Shown piece by piece: positions 1-9,648 of a stretch of 64,000 nucleotides of DNA. The first letter of the stretch is position 1. Each line of letters begins with the position of its first letter. The stretch lies in assembly GCA_963703315.1 (NCBI GenBank), contig OY969811.1, forward strand, positions 1,760,001 through 1,824,000, read 5' to 3'. The notes under the pieces are model-generated. The model saw only the letters and a program-made list of their open reading frames with translations. It was not told where the DNA came from and searched no databases. The stretch is from an uncultured cyanobacterium (GTDB taxonomy: Bacteria; Cyanobacteriota; Cyanobacteriia; Pseudanabaenales; Pseudanabaenaceae). Both the position numbers and the translations under genes were made by a program.

Positions 1-1
1 G

Positions 2-454
2 ATGAATGCCATCCATGCAGCACTAAATATGCGATCAGCACTAATGGAACTACGCGATCTTTGGAAATCTGAGAATAAAATTCCTTTCTCTAATGGGATT
101 GGTATTAACTATGGAGAAGTCACCGTTGGGAATATTGGCTCTGCACGCCGTCTGGAGTATGCAGTAATTGGTGATGCAGTCAATGTTGCGAGTCGAGTTG
201 AAGGGATGACGAAGGAACTCGGCACAGACATTGTGATTACTGGCGCTCTTTATGAGATTGTCCAAGATGAGATTGATGTAGTTGATCTTGGAGAACATCC
301 TCTCAAGGGTAGAGTGGGGAATGTCCATCTCTATGGGGTAATTTGTCTAAAAGGTGGCGATCGCAGTATTTATGAACAAGTTCAACATGACTTGAAGCGT
401 CATACGGCGGTAATTGATATTCTCAAAAAAGGACAAATCCCTAAAATTCTATAA
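2..454 (+). CDS. Class III adenylate/guanylate cyclase, C-terminal part (5' truncated by window edge)
   Basis: [35 protein letters not shown] catalytic motif. Confidence 0.9.
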   Translation: MNAIHAALNMRSALMELRDLWKSENKIPFSNGIGINYGEVTVGNIGSARRLEYAVIGDAVNVASRVEGMTKELGTDIVITGALYEIVQDEIDVVDLGEHPLKGRVGNVHLYGVICLKGGDRSIYEQVQHDLKRHTAVIDILKKGQIPKIL

Positions 455-495
455 AAAACCAAATTTTGTGGTGCGGCTTCGCCGCGCCACAAAAT

Positions 496-1029
496 TTAAC
501 CCGTACAACTTTTTAAGATTACGCCAACAACTACACCGATACCGCCAAAACGGACGATCTGCCAAAATGGTTCACGAAAACTACTCCATGAGAGCAGACG
601 ACTTTCCAGATCAGCTTCAATTTGTTCGATTTGGTCATCTAGGGCTTGTAATTGCTTGAGTAGCTCCTCTTTATGGGGGTTAGATTGATCATGGCGAGAA
701 TTAGGCTGGCGGCGAATTTTTTGGTTTTTATTTCTGTTTTTATTTCTATGGGGGCGATCGCCTGAAATATTTTGAATTTGCGCTCTGACCTGTTCCTGTT
801 GCGTTTGCAGTTCATGCTGCTTGAGCGAATCACGCCGCACCTGTAGAAAACGTTGTTCGATTTCTTCTAATACTTCTCTAGTTTCTTGGAGTTGAGCTTC
901 TACATCGCTCCAATCAGAAATTTCTGTCACAGCATCAATAAATAAAGGGGATTGATCAATGAATTTTACCGTTTTTTGTGGCGCGGCAAAGCCGTGCCAC
1001 AAAAAATCTAGTTTTGATTTTAAAAACAA
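496..1029 (-). CDS. Hypothetical coiled-coil protein with C-terminal TM helix; true start probably downstream of the 972-1006 hairpin
   Basis: Q/E-rich coiled coil, ends FWQIVRFGGIGVVVGVILKS; ORF N-terminus runs through a palindrome. Confidence 0.65.
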   Translation of the reverse strand: MFLKSKLDFLWHGFAAPQKTVKFIDQSPLFIDAVTEISDWSDVEAQLQETREVLEEIEQRFLQVRRDSLKQHELQTQQEQVRAQIQNISGDRPHRNKNRNKNQKIRRQPNSRHDQSNPHKEELLKQLQALDDQIEQIEADLESRLLSWSSFREPFWQIVRFGGIGVVVGVILKSCTG

Positions 1030-2675
1030 ATTGGTTTAGTGCGATTTGCTGCTACCCAACCTGCGATCGGCTCAGAGATTTTTAACCAACCCTGCTGTTC
1101 GCTCTGAACCGTAATTTGTGTGCCATTATCCATCTTGCCAACGATCGCATAATCCACACCTGCACCTTGACGGACATTAATTGGTGGCTGGGGATCGGAG
1201 ACTAGACGTTTAGTAGACTTACATTGAGGATTGTTTGCATTTTGAGAAGTATTAGGCTTTTTGGCTAATCGATCTTGAAACTCCTGAATGTATTTCACAT
1301 TCTGTGTTTCGACTGGGGTGAGCAAATCTTCAGGAAACTTATCAGGAGCATATAGTGGTTTGTACCAAGGCTGGATATTGAAATAGGACTGCAATTCAGA
1401 ATCTTTGAAGCGACCACCATAACGGGCAAATATTTCATTACGCATAATATCTAGTTCTAGAGTACTTCTATCTACCAAATCTTGATCGGCAATCGGTCGT
1501 TCAGAGAGGAATAGATATTTCGCCCCGGGTGAACTAGACATAATACTCATATCATTTTTGATCCCAATGGATGGACGCAGCAACATAACTCCACTAATAG
1601 ACGCGATCGCCAATATGATGCCCCCTGAGATCATGATCAAGCGATTTTTACGGCTAACTTGCAAATAATCTCTGGGCGAAACTCTGGGTGAAACCGTTGT
1701 AGGAATATTTCCCCTGTCATTTTCCTTGTCATTTAAAGATAATCTTCTTATTAAATCTGGAAAATCAGTTTGTACGGTTGTCGCTAATAGAGTTGGTGCA
1801 GGTGCTGCTAAATGTTGTAAATCTGTCAATACGGCTGTGGCGGACTGATAGCGATCGCGAAAGTCGTATTTGATTAATTTGTCAATCACCTTGGCAAACT
1901 CATCGCTGACTTGAGCGCGATATTTAAAAGCCGCATGGTCTGGAGAACTGCGCCAAGCGATTTCTCCTGTCTCCAGATCTTCAGATAGTAAGTTAGGTGC
2001 AACTCCTGTCAGTCCTTGAATAGCGATCGCCCCCACCGCATAGAGATCGCTACAGGGGCGCGGTTTACCGATCGCTTGCTCATTAGGCATATAACCATCA
2101 GTACCGATCGCAACCGTAGATTTTACATTGGAGGCAATTGCCAGTGCTGTTTCTACCTGTTTTACAGCCCCAAAATCGATGAGTACCAATTTGCCATCAC
2201 TACGCCGCCGCATCAAGTTAGAGGGTTTAATGTCTCGATGGATTGCCCCTTGTTGATGCACAAATACCAGAATCTCTAGGACATCAATCAAAAAAGCGAT
2301 CGCCTGTATCTGATTCATCCTTCCTATTGGATAGCCATCGGTAGCTCGATCAATAGATGTAATTTCGTGAGTAAGCTCATCGCCTTCAATTAGTTCTTGC
2401 ACTAAATAAAATTCATGATCTTCAGCAAAATGCGCTAGTAAACGGGGAATGCGATCGTGGCTGCCAAGTTTATGGAGAACCCTTGCCTCAGTCTCAAATA
2501 AACGACTCGCAATTTCCAATACAGACTTATCGCTAGAATTAGGCTTTAGACGTTTAACAACGCATTTGTGATGATCTGGTAGCTGCAAATCTTCAGCCAA
2601 AAAGGTTTGACCAAATCCGCCACCTCCAAGGCTTTGGATAATTTGATATCTCCCACTAATTACTTTGCCAATCAT
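1020..2675 (-). CDS. Membrane Ser/Thr protein kinase with YARHG and SH3b-like domains
   Basis: LGGGGFG, HRDIKPSN, DFG; TM segment; MRNEIFARYG (YARHG-like); INVRQGAG..GWLKIS (SH3b); likely ATG at 2675. Confidence 0.9.
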   Translation of the reverse strand: MIGKVISGRYQIIQSLGGGGFGQTFLAEDLQLPDHHKCVVKRLKPNSSDKSVLEIASRLFETEARVLHKLGSHDRIPRLLAHFAEDHEFYLVQELIEGDELTHEITSIDRATDGYPIGRMNQIQAIAFLIDVLEILVFVHQQGAIHRDIKPSNLMRRRSDGKLVLIDFGAVKQVETALAIASNVKSTVAIGTDGYMPNEQAIGKPRPCSDLYAVGAIAIQGLTGVAPNLLSEDLETGEIAWRSSPDHAAFKYRAQVSDEFAKVIDKLIKYDFRDRYQSATAVLTDLQHLAAPAPTLLATTVQTDFPDLIRRLSLNDKENDRGNIPTTVSPRVSPRDYLQVSRKNRLIMISGGIILAIASISGVMLLRPSIGIKNDMSIMSSSPGAKYLFLSERPIADQDLVDRSTLELDIMRNEIFARYGGRFKDSELQSYFNIQPWYKPLYAPDKFPEDLLTPVETQNVKYIQEFQDRLAKKPNTSQNANNPQCKSTKRLVSDPQPPINVRQGAGVDYAIVGKMDNGTQITVQSEQQGWLKISEPIAGWVAANRTKPICF

Positions 2676-2732
2676 GTATAGGTAAACCAATTAAAGTAGA
2701 GGGCGCTAAGCGCCTTTCTACTTTAATTGGTT

Positions 2733-5135
2733 TCATAACTTTTGACTATAGCGCGATCGCTCTATGCGTAATGCATCAGTCGCTCTCTGTACCTCGATCG
2801 CTACCCGTGATAAGCAAGCATAAATCAACACCACGTAATTAGCCTTAACTGCTGATTCTAGTTGGCGGCATTGATAGGAAAGGGTTAATGCACCAATGTA
2901 ATCGCTACTGGTACGCAATGTATTTAATGATTGTAAAAGTTTGATGTGATCATTACTTGCAAGCGATCGATCAATCATTTGCACGAGGTGAGGTGCATCT
3001 TCTAAATATGAGTCAATCACATTTAATAAAAACTCGATTGCTTTAGGAGCATTCTTCTCGTAACCTGCGATCTCTAAAATTGTTTCCATAAACTGTAGCT
3101 CAAGCGCAGGATCTTCCTCTTCTTCTAAAGATGCGTCAGATGTGACAGATTCATCAACCTGTAAATCATCAATTTGCTCAACTTCTGATCCACTTATTTC
3201 TGGAGTTGGAGCATTTTCTAACTCAGTTACTTGCGGTTCACCTAGTTCTACATCTAAAGCAACTACTTCAGTCTCAGGATTTTCTAGCTCAGATGTTTCT
3301 GGTTCACCTGACTCTAGATCATTTGATTCTTGTGCAGAGATTTCACTTTCAGCAAAGTCAGCAAGGTCTAGCTCAACAACTCCTAAGACAATCATATTTT
3401 GATCAGCTTCTATCAATTCGAGCGATTCTATTGCTTCTAAGACAATTAGATTTTGACTAGATTCTGCTAATTTGCTCGCTTCTATTGCTTCTAAGACAAG
3501 CACGTTTTGATCGGACTCTGACGATTCGATCGCCTCTAAAGTAAGTAACTTCACCTCAGATTCTTCTAGCTGTGGATCTTGTACTTGAGATGATTCCGAA
3601 GTAATTACTTCGGAATCATCTAATTTCAGAAAATTTGATTCTTGTTCAGAGCTATCATTAATCTGTATTTCGGCAATCTGTGTTTCGGCAGTTTCTAAGG
3701 CGATCGCCTCTTGCTCAGCTTCTACTATTTCTAAATTTTCTACTAGATCTAATTGTGATTCATCTAATTGTATTTCGACATTTTCAGGATCAGATTCTTC
3801 TACCTCGACGACATCAGGGACAATATTTTCAGGTACTTCTATACCAGTTACTTCTTGCTGAGATGTGTCGCTGTTAGGGATATCAACCTCAGCTACAGCG
3901 ACCTCTTGCATTTCAATTTCTATCTCTTCATCCGTCAACTCAGATAAAGATGCATTAGAATCTGGAGCTAAAAATAATGGTGGTAATCCATTTTGCGAGA
4001 TGGGATCATATTTCAGATCAGCAATTTCTTCTGAATGATTAACTAATCCTGATAATGTACTCTCTTCTTCATCTAAATCTTGCTCAACCTGACTAGCTTC
4101 TAAAGCATCAGGCTCTAAGTCTTGACTGATAAGTTCATCTTGATTAACTAAATCATCTGGCTCCACTAAATGATCTTGTTCTTGCTCAACCTGACTAGCT
4201 TCTAAAGCATCAGGTTCTAGATCTTGAATCTCGAAATTTTGGCTAATCAAGTTTTCATTTTCTGCATCGGCAATCACCACCTGATCAATTGGTGTAATCA
4301 CTGTCGCATCATCAATAATAGTGACATCTGTAACAGTCGAATTAGTAGCACTTTCTGACATTTTCACAACAGTTTGCTGCAAACTGTCTAGCTCAGTTCG
4401 TAAATTTTGTAAATCATCACTTAGAGATTGAGATTGCTGGCGTAAGTTTGTTAAAGAAAGCGCAATGCCAATTTGGGCGGTAATTAATGATAGAGAAGTG
4501 CGATCGCTTTCTGACCAACTATGATAGACGCTCCCGTGAAAAGCTACTAGAGTCCCCCAAACCTCTTGTCCTGCATAGATTTTATTCGCAGCATAAGAAG
4601 AAATTCCAATCTGTTCGAGCAGTGTCACGATATGTGAAGAAAGGCTAGAACTACGAATGCTATCAACTGTTTGCGTCAAATGTTCGGTATCTGTGGACTC
4701 GATCATGTGACGTGCCAATGAAAGCTGTCTTTCGGGCATATCGGCGATAGATTGCACCCCTGCGGCGATCGCATCAGTGACAAACTCCCCCCTGCCATCG
4801 GGATAACAGCGAAAAATTGCCACCCGATCTACCTGTAATAATTTCTGGGCAACTTGGACAGCAACTTGCAAAACTAGCTCTAAGGATGGCGATCGCTGAA
4901 TGGCATCAGCAAGCTGAGCAAGGGCTTTTTCCCTAGCAATAATATTGCTAAACAGATCTGAAGCTTGGGTGTCTGATGACTGATCTGATGACTGTGATGA
5001 CATCAGTTGGGTGTACCGAGCTTCCCAGTTAAGTTGATGGACACGCTCCTGCTGCACCAAAATCGCTTTGAGGTGTTCGTAGGCGGCGCGATCGCGACAT
5101 AAGTAGCGAATTTGATCTAAGAGGGTAGAATCCAT
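2733..5135 (-). CDS. GAF domain + long acidic repeat linker + degenerate Hpt domain protein
   Basis: LQVDRVAIFR/WGTLVAFH/WSESD GAF motifs; C-terminal LNTLRTSSDYIGALTLSYQCRQLE Hpt-like. Confidence 0.75.
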   Translation of the reverse strand: MDSTLLDQIRYLCRDRAAYEHLKAILVQQERVHQLNWEARYTQLMSSQSSDQSSDTQASDLFSNIIAREKALAQLADAIQRSPSLELVLQVAVQVAQKLLQVDRVAIFRCYPDGRGEFVTDAIAAGVQSIADMPERQLSLARHMIESTDTEHLTQTVDSIRSSSLSSHIVTLLEQIGISSYAANKIYAGQEVWGTLVAFHGSVYHSWSESDRTSLSLITAQIGIALSLTNLRQQSQSLSDDLQNLRTELDSLQQTVVKMSESATNSTVTDVTIIDDATVITPIDQVVIADAENENLISQNFEIQDLEPDALEASQVEQEQDHLVEPDDLVNQDELISQDLEPDALEASQVEQDLDEEESTLSGLVNHSEEIADLKYDPISQNGLPPLFLAPDSNASLSELTDEEIEIEMQEVAVAEVDIPNSDTSQQEVTGIEVPENIVPDVVEVEESDPENVEIQLDESQLDLVENLEIVEAEQEAIALETAETQIAEIQINDSSEQESNFLKLDDSEVITSESSQVQDPQLEESEVKLLTLEAIESSESDQNVLVLEAIEASKLAESSQNLIVLEAIESLELIEADQNMIVLGVVELDLADFAESEISAQESNDLESGEPETSELENPETEVVALDVELGEPQVTELENAPTPEISGSEVEQIDDLQVDESVTSDASLEEEEDPALELQFMETILEIAGYEKNAPKAIEFLLNVIDSYLEDAPHLVQMIDRSLASNDHIKLLQSLNTLRTSSDYIGALTLSYQCRQLESAVKANYVVLIYACLSRVAIEVQRATDALRIERSRYSQKL

Positions 5136-5262
5136 GGGTACAAACGACGATCCACGAATATGTTCTAGCGTTGCTTAGATAGGGTTTTACTCTATCTAGA
5201 CTACAAATCTTAGCTGACTTAATTTCGCGATCGCATGAGACACAAAGCGTAACTTTAGGGCG

Positions 5263-5368
5263 TAATACCAAAACTAAAAATGGCATAGCCATTTTTAGTT
5301 TTGAAAACCCTTGCTGGGTTTGTTTTTAATTCACGAAAGTGTGACAACACTTTCGTGAATTGGTATAA
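5263..5368. repeat. Two-hairpin MITE-like element (TAATACCAA...TTGGTATAA ends)
   Basis: Inverted ends, two internal palindromes; AAAATGGCATAGCCATTTT core recurs near 6312. Confidence 0.55.
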
Positions 5369-5375
5369 CTTTAGG

Positions 5376-5472
5376 CGCGACCAAAAGAATTACAAGAAAA
5401 ATTTTAAAAGCGTTGCAAAGCAACGCTTTTAAAATTTTTCTTGGTTCGGGTTTGAGCGCAAAGCGCTGTAAA
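5376..5472. repeat. Palindromic element with GTTGC-AAA-GCAAC core
   Basis: About 22-bp perfect arms at ~5395-5441; same core at ~18331-18389. Confidence 0.55.
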
Positions 5473-5487
5473 ATCATGATTAAACAG

Positions 5488-5591
5488 TAAGTAGCTAGGC
5501 TAAATTAAATATAAAACCCCAAAACCTGTGGCGCACGCGCAGCGTGCGCCACAGGTTTTGGCTCTAGTTTTTAATTATGCCCCGCTACTTA
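5488..5591. mobile_element. MITE-like family B (TAAGTAGC...GCTACTTA), copy 1
   Basis: Terminal inverted repeats, central CCTGTGGCGCACGC-GCA-GCGTGCGCCACAGG hairpin; near-identical copy at 27618. Confidence 0.7.
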
Positions 5592-5624
5592 AATAATTTA
5601 GAAAAGTCTTGTAAGTCAAAAACT

Positions 5625-6260
5625 ATGGTGCGCTATACCCTTGCCCAGAGTCCTGAAGTCGTCCTGACCGTTGCTGGCAAAGATTCGTCAAAAGCACGCG
5701 AAAAGGCAATGGTAGAACTGATCGAATTAATGGACTCAGGCAAACTCGATACTGATCTTGCCGATGGCTTTAGTCCCGACCAATTTATAGAAGTGAGAGA
5801 ACTTTCCATGTCTGAAGATCGCGAAGATCCTATTACTCAAGCCGTACAAGTCTTAAATAACCTTGCCACGCTGAAAATTAAAGTGCAAGAATTGCGCTCC
5901 GATGCGATGCAAGTGCGATCGCAGATTGATATTTTGTTTAGTGATGAGATGGTCTCTGAGGAGCAAATTAATAGTATTAAGGAAGGTTTTAAAACCCTCA
6001 AAAGTTTCGCTCAGCTTAATATGAAGTTTCTAGATGCGCGATCGCAAGCCGAAAATGCGCGTCAAGTCCTTGATGAAGCACTCCAATCTCCCTACTCAGA
6101 ATTAAAAACCTCTACTCCATCCCCTGTTGAAGTTGTCAATGAGCCTACACCTGAAATTGACAATACACCTGAAGTTGACAATACAGAAGAATCTGCAAAT
6201 GAACCAATAGTCTCCGTCGAGATTCCCATCAGCAAATCCACAAAATCTGCCAAAAAATAA
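5625..6260 (+). CDS. Hypothetical cyanobacterial protein
   Basis: ORF; the ATG at 5577 lies inside the MITE, so ATG 5625 (MVRYTLAQSPE) is preferred. Confidence 0.7.
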   Translation: MVRYTLAQSPEVVLTVAGKDSSKAREKAMVELIELMDSGKLDTDLADGFSPDQFIEVRELSMSEDREDPITQAVQVLNNLATLKIKVQELRSDAMQVRSQIDILFSDEMVSEEQINSIKEGFKTLKSFAQLNMKFLDARSQAENARQVLDEALQSPYSELKTSTPSPVEVVNEPTPEIDNTPEVDNTEESANEPIVSVEIPISKSTKSAKK

Positions 6261-6300
6261 AAAAGAGAGGGCAAGTGCTTTGCACTTGCCCTCTCTTTTT
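6260..6300. terminator. Bidirectional terminator-like hairpin between convergent genes
   Basis: AAAAAGAGAGGGCAAGTGC-TTT-GCACTTGCCCTCTCTTTTT. Confidence 0.6.
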
Positions 6301-6342
6301 TAAACCAAATACAAAATGGCATAGCCATTTTATATTTGGAAA

Positions 6343-8517
6343 CTACTTAATGAAAAGCATTTCTTGATAGGTAGGCAATGGCCATAGATCATCAGCCACT
6401 TCACCTTCCAAAGCATCCACAGATGCACGAACTGTATCCATCAAAGGACGGACAGTTTTAGAAAGGAACTGCATATGTTCCTCAGGGGATGCAAAATCAT
6501 GCTTAGTTAGAGCATCGCTCAACTTGCTAACCCCCTCAAGCGCTGACTTAGTTAAAGAAGCTACCTTTTCAAGATTTTCTTTGTCAAAGTCAACACCCAC
6601 TTCCTTGAGACTAATAGCAGTATTTGCCAGATCAGCTAGGTAACGGGTTGCCGCAGGATAAATCAAAGTTTTCACAATGCTGATTACCAACTTCGCTTCA
6701 ACTTCAATCGAGAGAATATATTGCTCAGCATAGGTCTCAAAGCGGCTGGCTAGCTCAACAGGAGAGAGAACCTTGAGCTTATTGAATAATTCTTCGACCT
6801 CTGGCTCTTTCAGAACAGGTAAAGCATCGGCGGTGGTGCGGAGATTGCGCAAGCCGCGCTTTTCGACTGCTTCCTTGTGCCATTCTTCAGAGTAGCCGTT
6901 GCCATTGAAGATGATTGCGCCATGTAATTCCATTACTTGCTTAAGAACAATGGTAATGGCGGTATTTAAATCAACTCCCTTAGCGAGTTCAGCTTCTAGC
7001 TGATCACCGACCCAGTTGAGTGAATCTGCCAAGATGGAGTTCATGGCAACTAAAGGTCCAGACACAGACTGATTAGAACCGACAGCGCGGAACTCGAAAC
7101 GGTTGCCTGTGAATGCAAAAGGTGAAGTACGGTTACGATCGCCAGGATCGGTTGGTAATATGGGCAAAGTATCTACACCAATGTGCATCTGACCTTTGCT
7201 GGTCGAACTCTTCAGATCGCCTTGACGAAGTTGCTCAAATACATCTTCAAGCTGCGAACCCAAGTAAACAGAGATAATTGCAGGAGGAGCTTCGTTAGCA
7301 CCTAAGCGGTGATCGTTACCAGCAGTCGCTACAACTGAGCGCAATAGAGGTCCGTACTTGTGAATACCGCGAATAACTGCACCACAGAATACCAAGAACT
7401 GTGCATTCGAGTGAGGAGTATCACCCGGATCGAGCAAGTTGCCTTGAGTGGCGTTACCAACTGACCAGTTAACGTGCTTACCAGATCCATTGATGCCTGC
7501 AAAGGGCTTTTCATGAAGTAGACAGACAAATCCATGTCTCTTGGCGGTAAAACGCAACATGGTCATGATCATTTGCTGGTGATCAGTTGCCACGTTAGCC
7601 GCTTCAAATACAGGCGCAATTTCAAATTGACCAGGAGCAACTTCGTTGTGACGAGTCTTTGCAGGAATGCCGAGGCGATATAGACGCTCTTCGACATCTT
7701 GCATAAATACTTGGACACGCTCTGGGATTGCGCCGAAGTAATGGTCGTCAAATTGTTGACCCTTAGCCGATGGTTTACCAAAAAGGGTACGACCTGCTAG
7801 CAACAAGTCAGGACGTGCATTGGCAAAGTTGGCATCAACCAAGAAGTATTCTTGCTCAGCCCCACAACTAGAGTTAACAGGGGCAATATCTTTTTCGCCC
7901 AAGATTTTTAAGACTCTAGTAGCAGCTTTATTCATTGCTGCGTTGGAACGCAATAGGGGCGTTTTCTTATCGAGCGCTTCACCAGTCCAAGATACGAAAA
8001 CGGTGGGAATACAGAGGGTGGAACCATTGTCGGTTTCCATGATGTAAGCAGGGCTAGTGACATCCCATGCTGTATAGCCCCGTGCTTCAAAGGTTGAGCG
8101 AATACCGCCATTAGGAAACGAGGAGCCGTCGGGTTCGCCTTGGACTAATAGTTTACCTGCAAATTCAGAGATTGCCGAACCGTCACTCTGGACGGAGATA
8201 AATCCATCATGCTTTTCGGCAGTGGCGTTGGTTAAAGGATAAAAAACGTGGGCATAGTATAGTGCGCCTTTAGAAATCGCCCAATCTTTCATTGCGAGGG
8301 CGATCGCGTCAGCTACTGAGATATCAAGAGGTTCACCAGTTTGAATTGTTTTTTTAATGGACTTAAAAACAGATTTTGGCAAGCATTCTTGCATCTTGCT
8401 CAGAGTAAACACATCGGTAGCCCATAGCTCTTCCAAACGCTTTGGTGCTTTTTTGGGTTGTGGCTCGCGATTAGTGATCTGATAGATAGCTTGAAGGCGT
8501 GACTCGTTTCCGCTCAT
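6343..8517 (-). CDS. glnN: Glutamine synthetase type III
   Basis: 724 aa; [60 protein letters not shown]. Confidence 0.97.
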   Translation of the reverse strand: MSGNESRLQAIYQITNREPQPKKAPKRLEELWATDVFTLSKMQECLPKSVFKSIKKTIQTGEPLDISVADAIALAMKDWAISKGALYYAHVFYPLTNATAEKHDGFISVQSDGSAISEFAGKLLVQGEPDGSSFPNGGIRSTFEARGYTAWDVTSPAYIMETDNGSTLCIPTVFVSWTGEALDKKTPLLRSNAAMNKAATRVLKILGEKDIAPVNSSCGAEQEYFLVDANFANARPDLLLAGRTLFGKPSAKGQQFDDHYFGAIPERVQVFMQDVEERLYRLGIPAKTRHNEVAPGQFEIAPVFEAANVATDHQQMIMTMLRFTAKRHGFVCLLHEKPFAGINGSGKHVNWSVGNATQGNLLDPGDTPHSNAQFLVFCGAVIRGIHKYGPLLRSVVATAGNDHRLGANEAPPAIISVYLGSQLEDVFEQLRQGDLKSSTSKGQMHIGVDTLPILPTDPGDRNRTSPFAFTGNRFEFRAVGSNQSVSGPLVAMNSILADSLNWVGDQLEAELAKGVDLNTAITIVLKQVMELHGAIIFNGNGYSEEWHKEAVEKRGLRNLRTTADALPVLKEPEVEELFNKLKVLSPVELASRFETYAEQYILSIEVEAKLVISIVKTLIYPAATRYLADLANTAISLKEVGVDFDKENLEKVASLTKSALEGVSKLSDALTKHDFASPEEHMQFLSKTVRPLMDTVRASVDALEGEVADDLWPLPTYQEMLFIK

Positions 8518-8551
8518 GATTATTTTTAGGGATTGTTGTCAATTTTCGACC

Positions 8552-8593
8552 ATCATACTTAAGATATGTCTCTCAAATAGATAAAAAAGATAC
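8552..8593 (-). promoter_or_regulatory. Candidate NtcA-type promoter of glnN (imperfect box)
   Basis: Minus strand GTA-TCTTTTTT-ATC (8593-8580), 22 bp, then TATGAT (8557-8552). Confidence 0.45.
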
Positions 8594-8764
8594 CGAATTG
8601 ATTGCACTTGATTGGTATAAACGCGCACAAAAAAACTAGGGGATCGTAAATTTTTATTTTATTTTTAGATTGAGCGATAGGCGATCGCCGTCCCACTATT
8701 TTTTAGTATTCTTTTCATTATTTCTTCATTTACGAACCTAAAATTGCCTTGTCTTATCAGGGAC

Positions 8765-8853
8765 GCGCAGTCAAAAAGAACCAAATTTTTTTGTTTATCC
8801 GCCGAAGGTGGGTAAACAAATCTATGTACATCGCTTGCTTGAAAAGCTCTATA
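8765..8853. repeat. Repeat family D (CCGCC-GAA-GGyGG hairpin, TCGCTTGCTTGAAAAGC end)
   Basis: Related copies at ~27745-27804 and ~56254-56309. Confidence 0.55.
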
Positions 8854-8935
8854 TTAGGGGCTTTATATCTAAATGACTCACAAAGCGGTGTATGTCGAAA
8901 TATGTTATTAAGTTAACTTTAGTTTCATTGTTGAA

Positions 8936-8951
8936 TGTACTAGCAAATACA
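8936..8951. promoter_or_regulatory. Consensus NtcA binding site between divergent glnN and the phycobiliprotein-like gene
   Basis: TGTA-CTAGCAAA-TACA (GTA-N8-TAC). Confidence 0.6.
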
Positions 8952-9056
8952 ATTCTATTCTTTATTTATTAGGGGAATTGAGAAATTATTTTCAGATAGA
9001 GATCCGCCGAGCTAAGTATATTTACTAAATTGGTTTAAAGGGGTAAAAAGAAAGCT

Positions 9057-9527
9057 ATGCTAACAGTGAATCGCACTTTAGATGAGAAACTTGCGGACGT
9101 TGACCATATCTATTTAACTGATAGTGATCTGTTTAATTTGGAACGTTTTGCCAATAGTTTTTCAGTCCGCGTCAAGACTTATAATCTTTTGCGCGATCGC
9201 GCTGACGAAATCACGATCCGAACACTTAAGCTCTTGGCTCAGCAATATCCTGAACTAGTTCAAAAGCAATTGCAACGCTGTAAATATGATATGTCTAACG
9301 TAATGCGTTACACATCATTATCAGTATTACGTGATGATGAAGTCTTTTTCAGTGAAACCTTGATGGATTGGCTCGCAAATATCATCAATTCCTATCAAGT
9401 TGCTAAAGAGTGTTCCACTGCTTATCGTCTATTGCAATCAGTGATTGATGAAATGTTGCCTCCTGAATGTGCAGCATTAGTCAAGCCTTATTCAGACATG
9501 GCAATCTCTGCATTACTCAACGCCTAG
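9057..9527 (+). CDS. Divergent phycobiliprotein/globin-fold protein (allophycocyanin-like)
   Basis: 156 aa; RCKYDMSNVMRYTSLSVL aligns by eye to the phycobiliprotein xCxRDMxxxLRYxxY motif. Confidence 0.7.
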   Translation: MLTVNRTLDEKLADVDHIYLTDSDLFNLERFANSFSVRVKTYNLLRDRADEITIRTLKLLAQQYPELVQKQLQRCKYDMSNVMRYTSLSVLRDDEVFFSETLMDWLANIINSYQVAKECSTAYRLLQSVIDEMLPPECAALVKPYSDMAISALLNA

Positions 9528-9648
9528 TTTAGCGTTATGCAAAGTGGTTGGACAAGCTATAGAGATTTACCTCCGAGACTCTTGGTAATCAATAGCTCAG
9601 GTTGATGAATGGTCAGGATTTTTTAAGAGAGTTTTTGGAGAAGATGTC

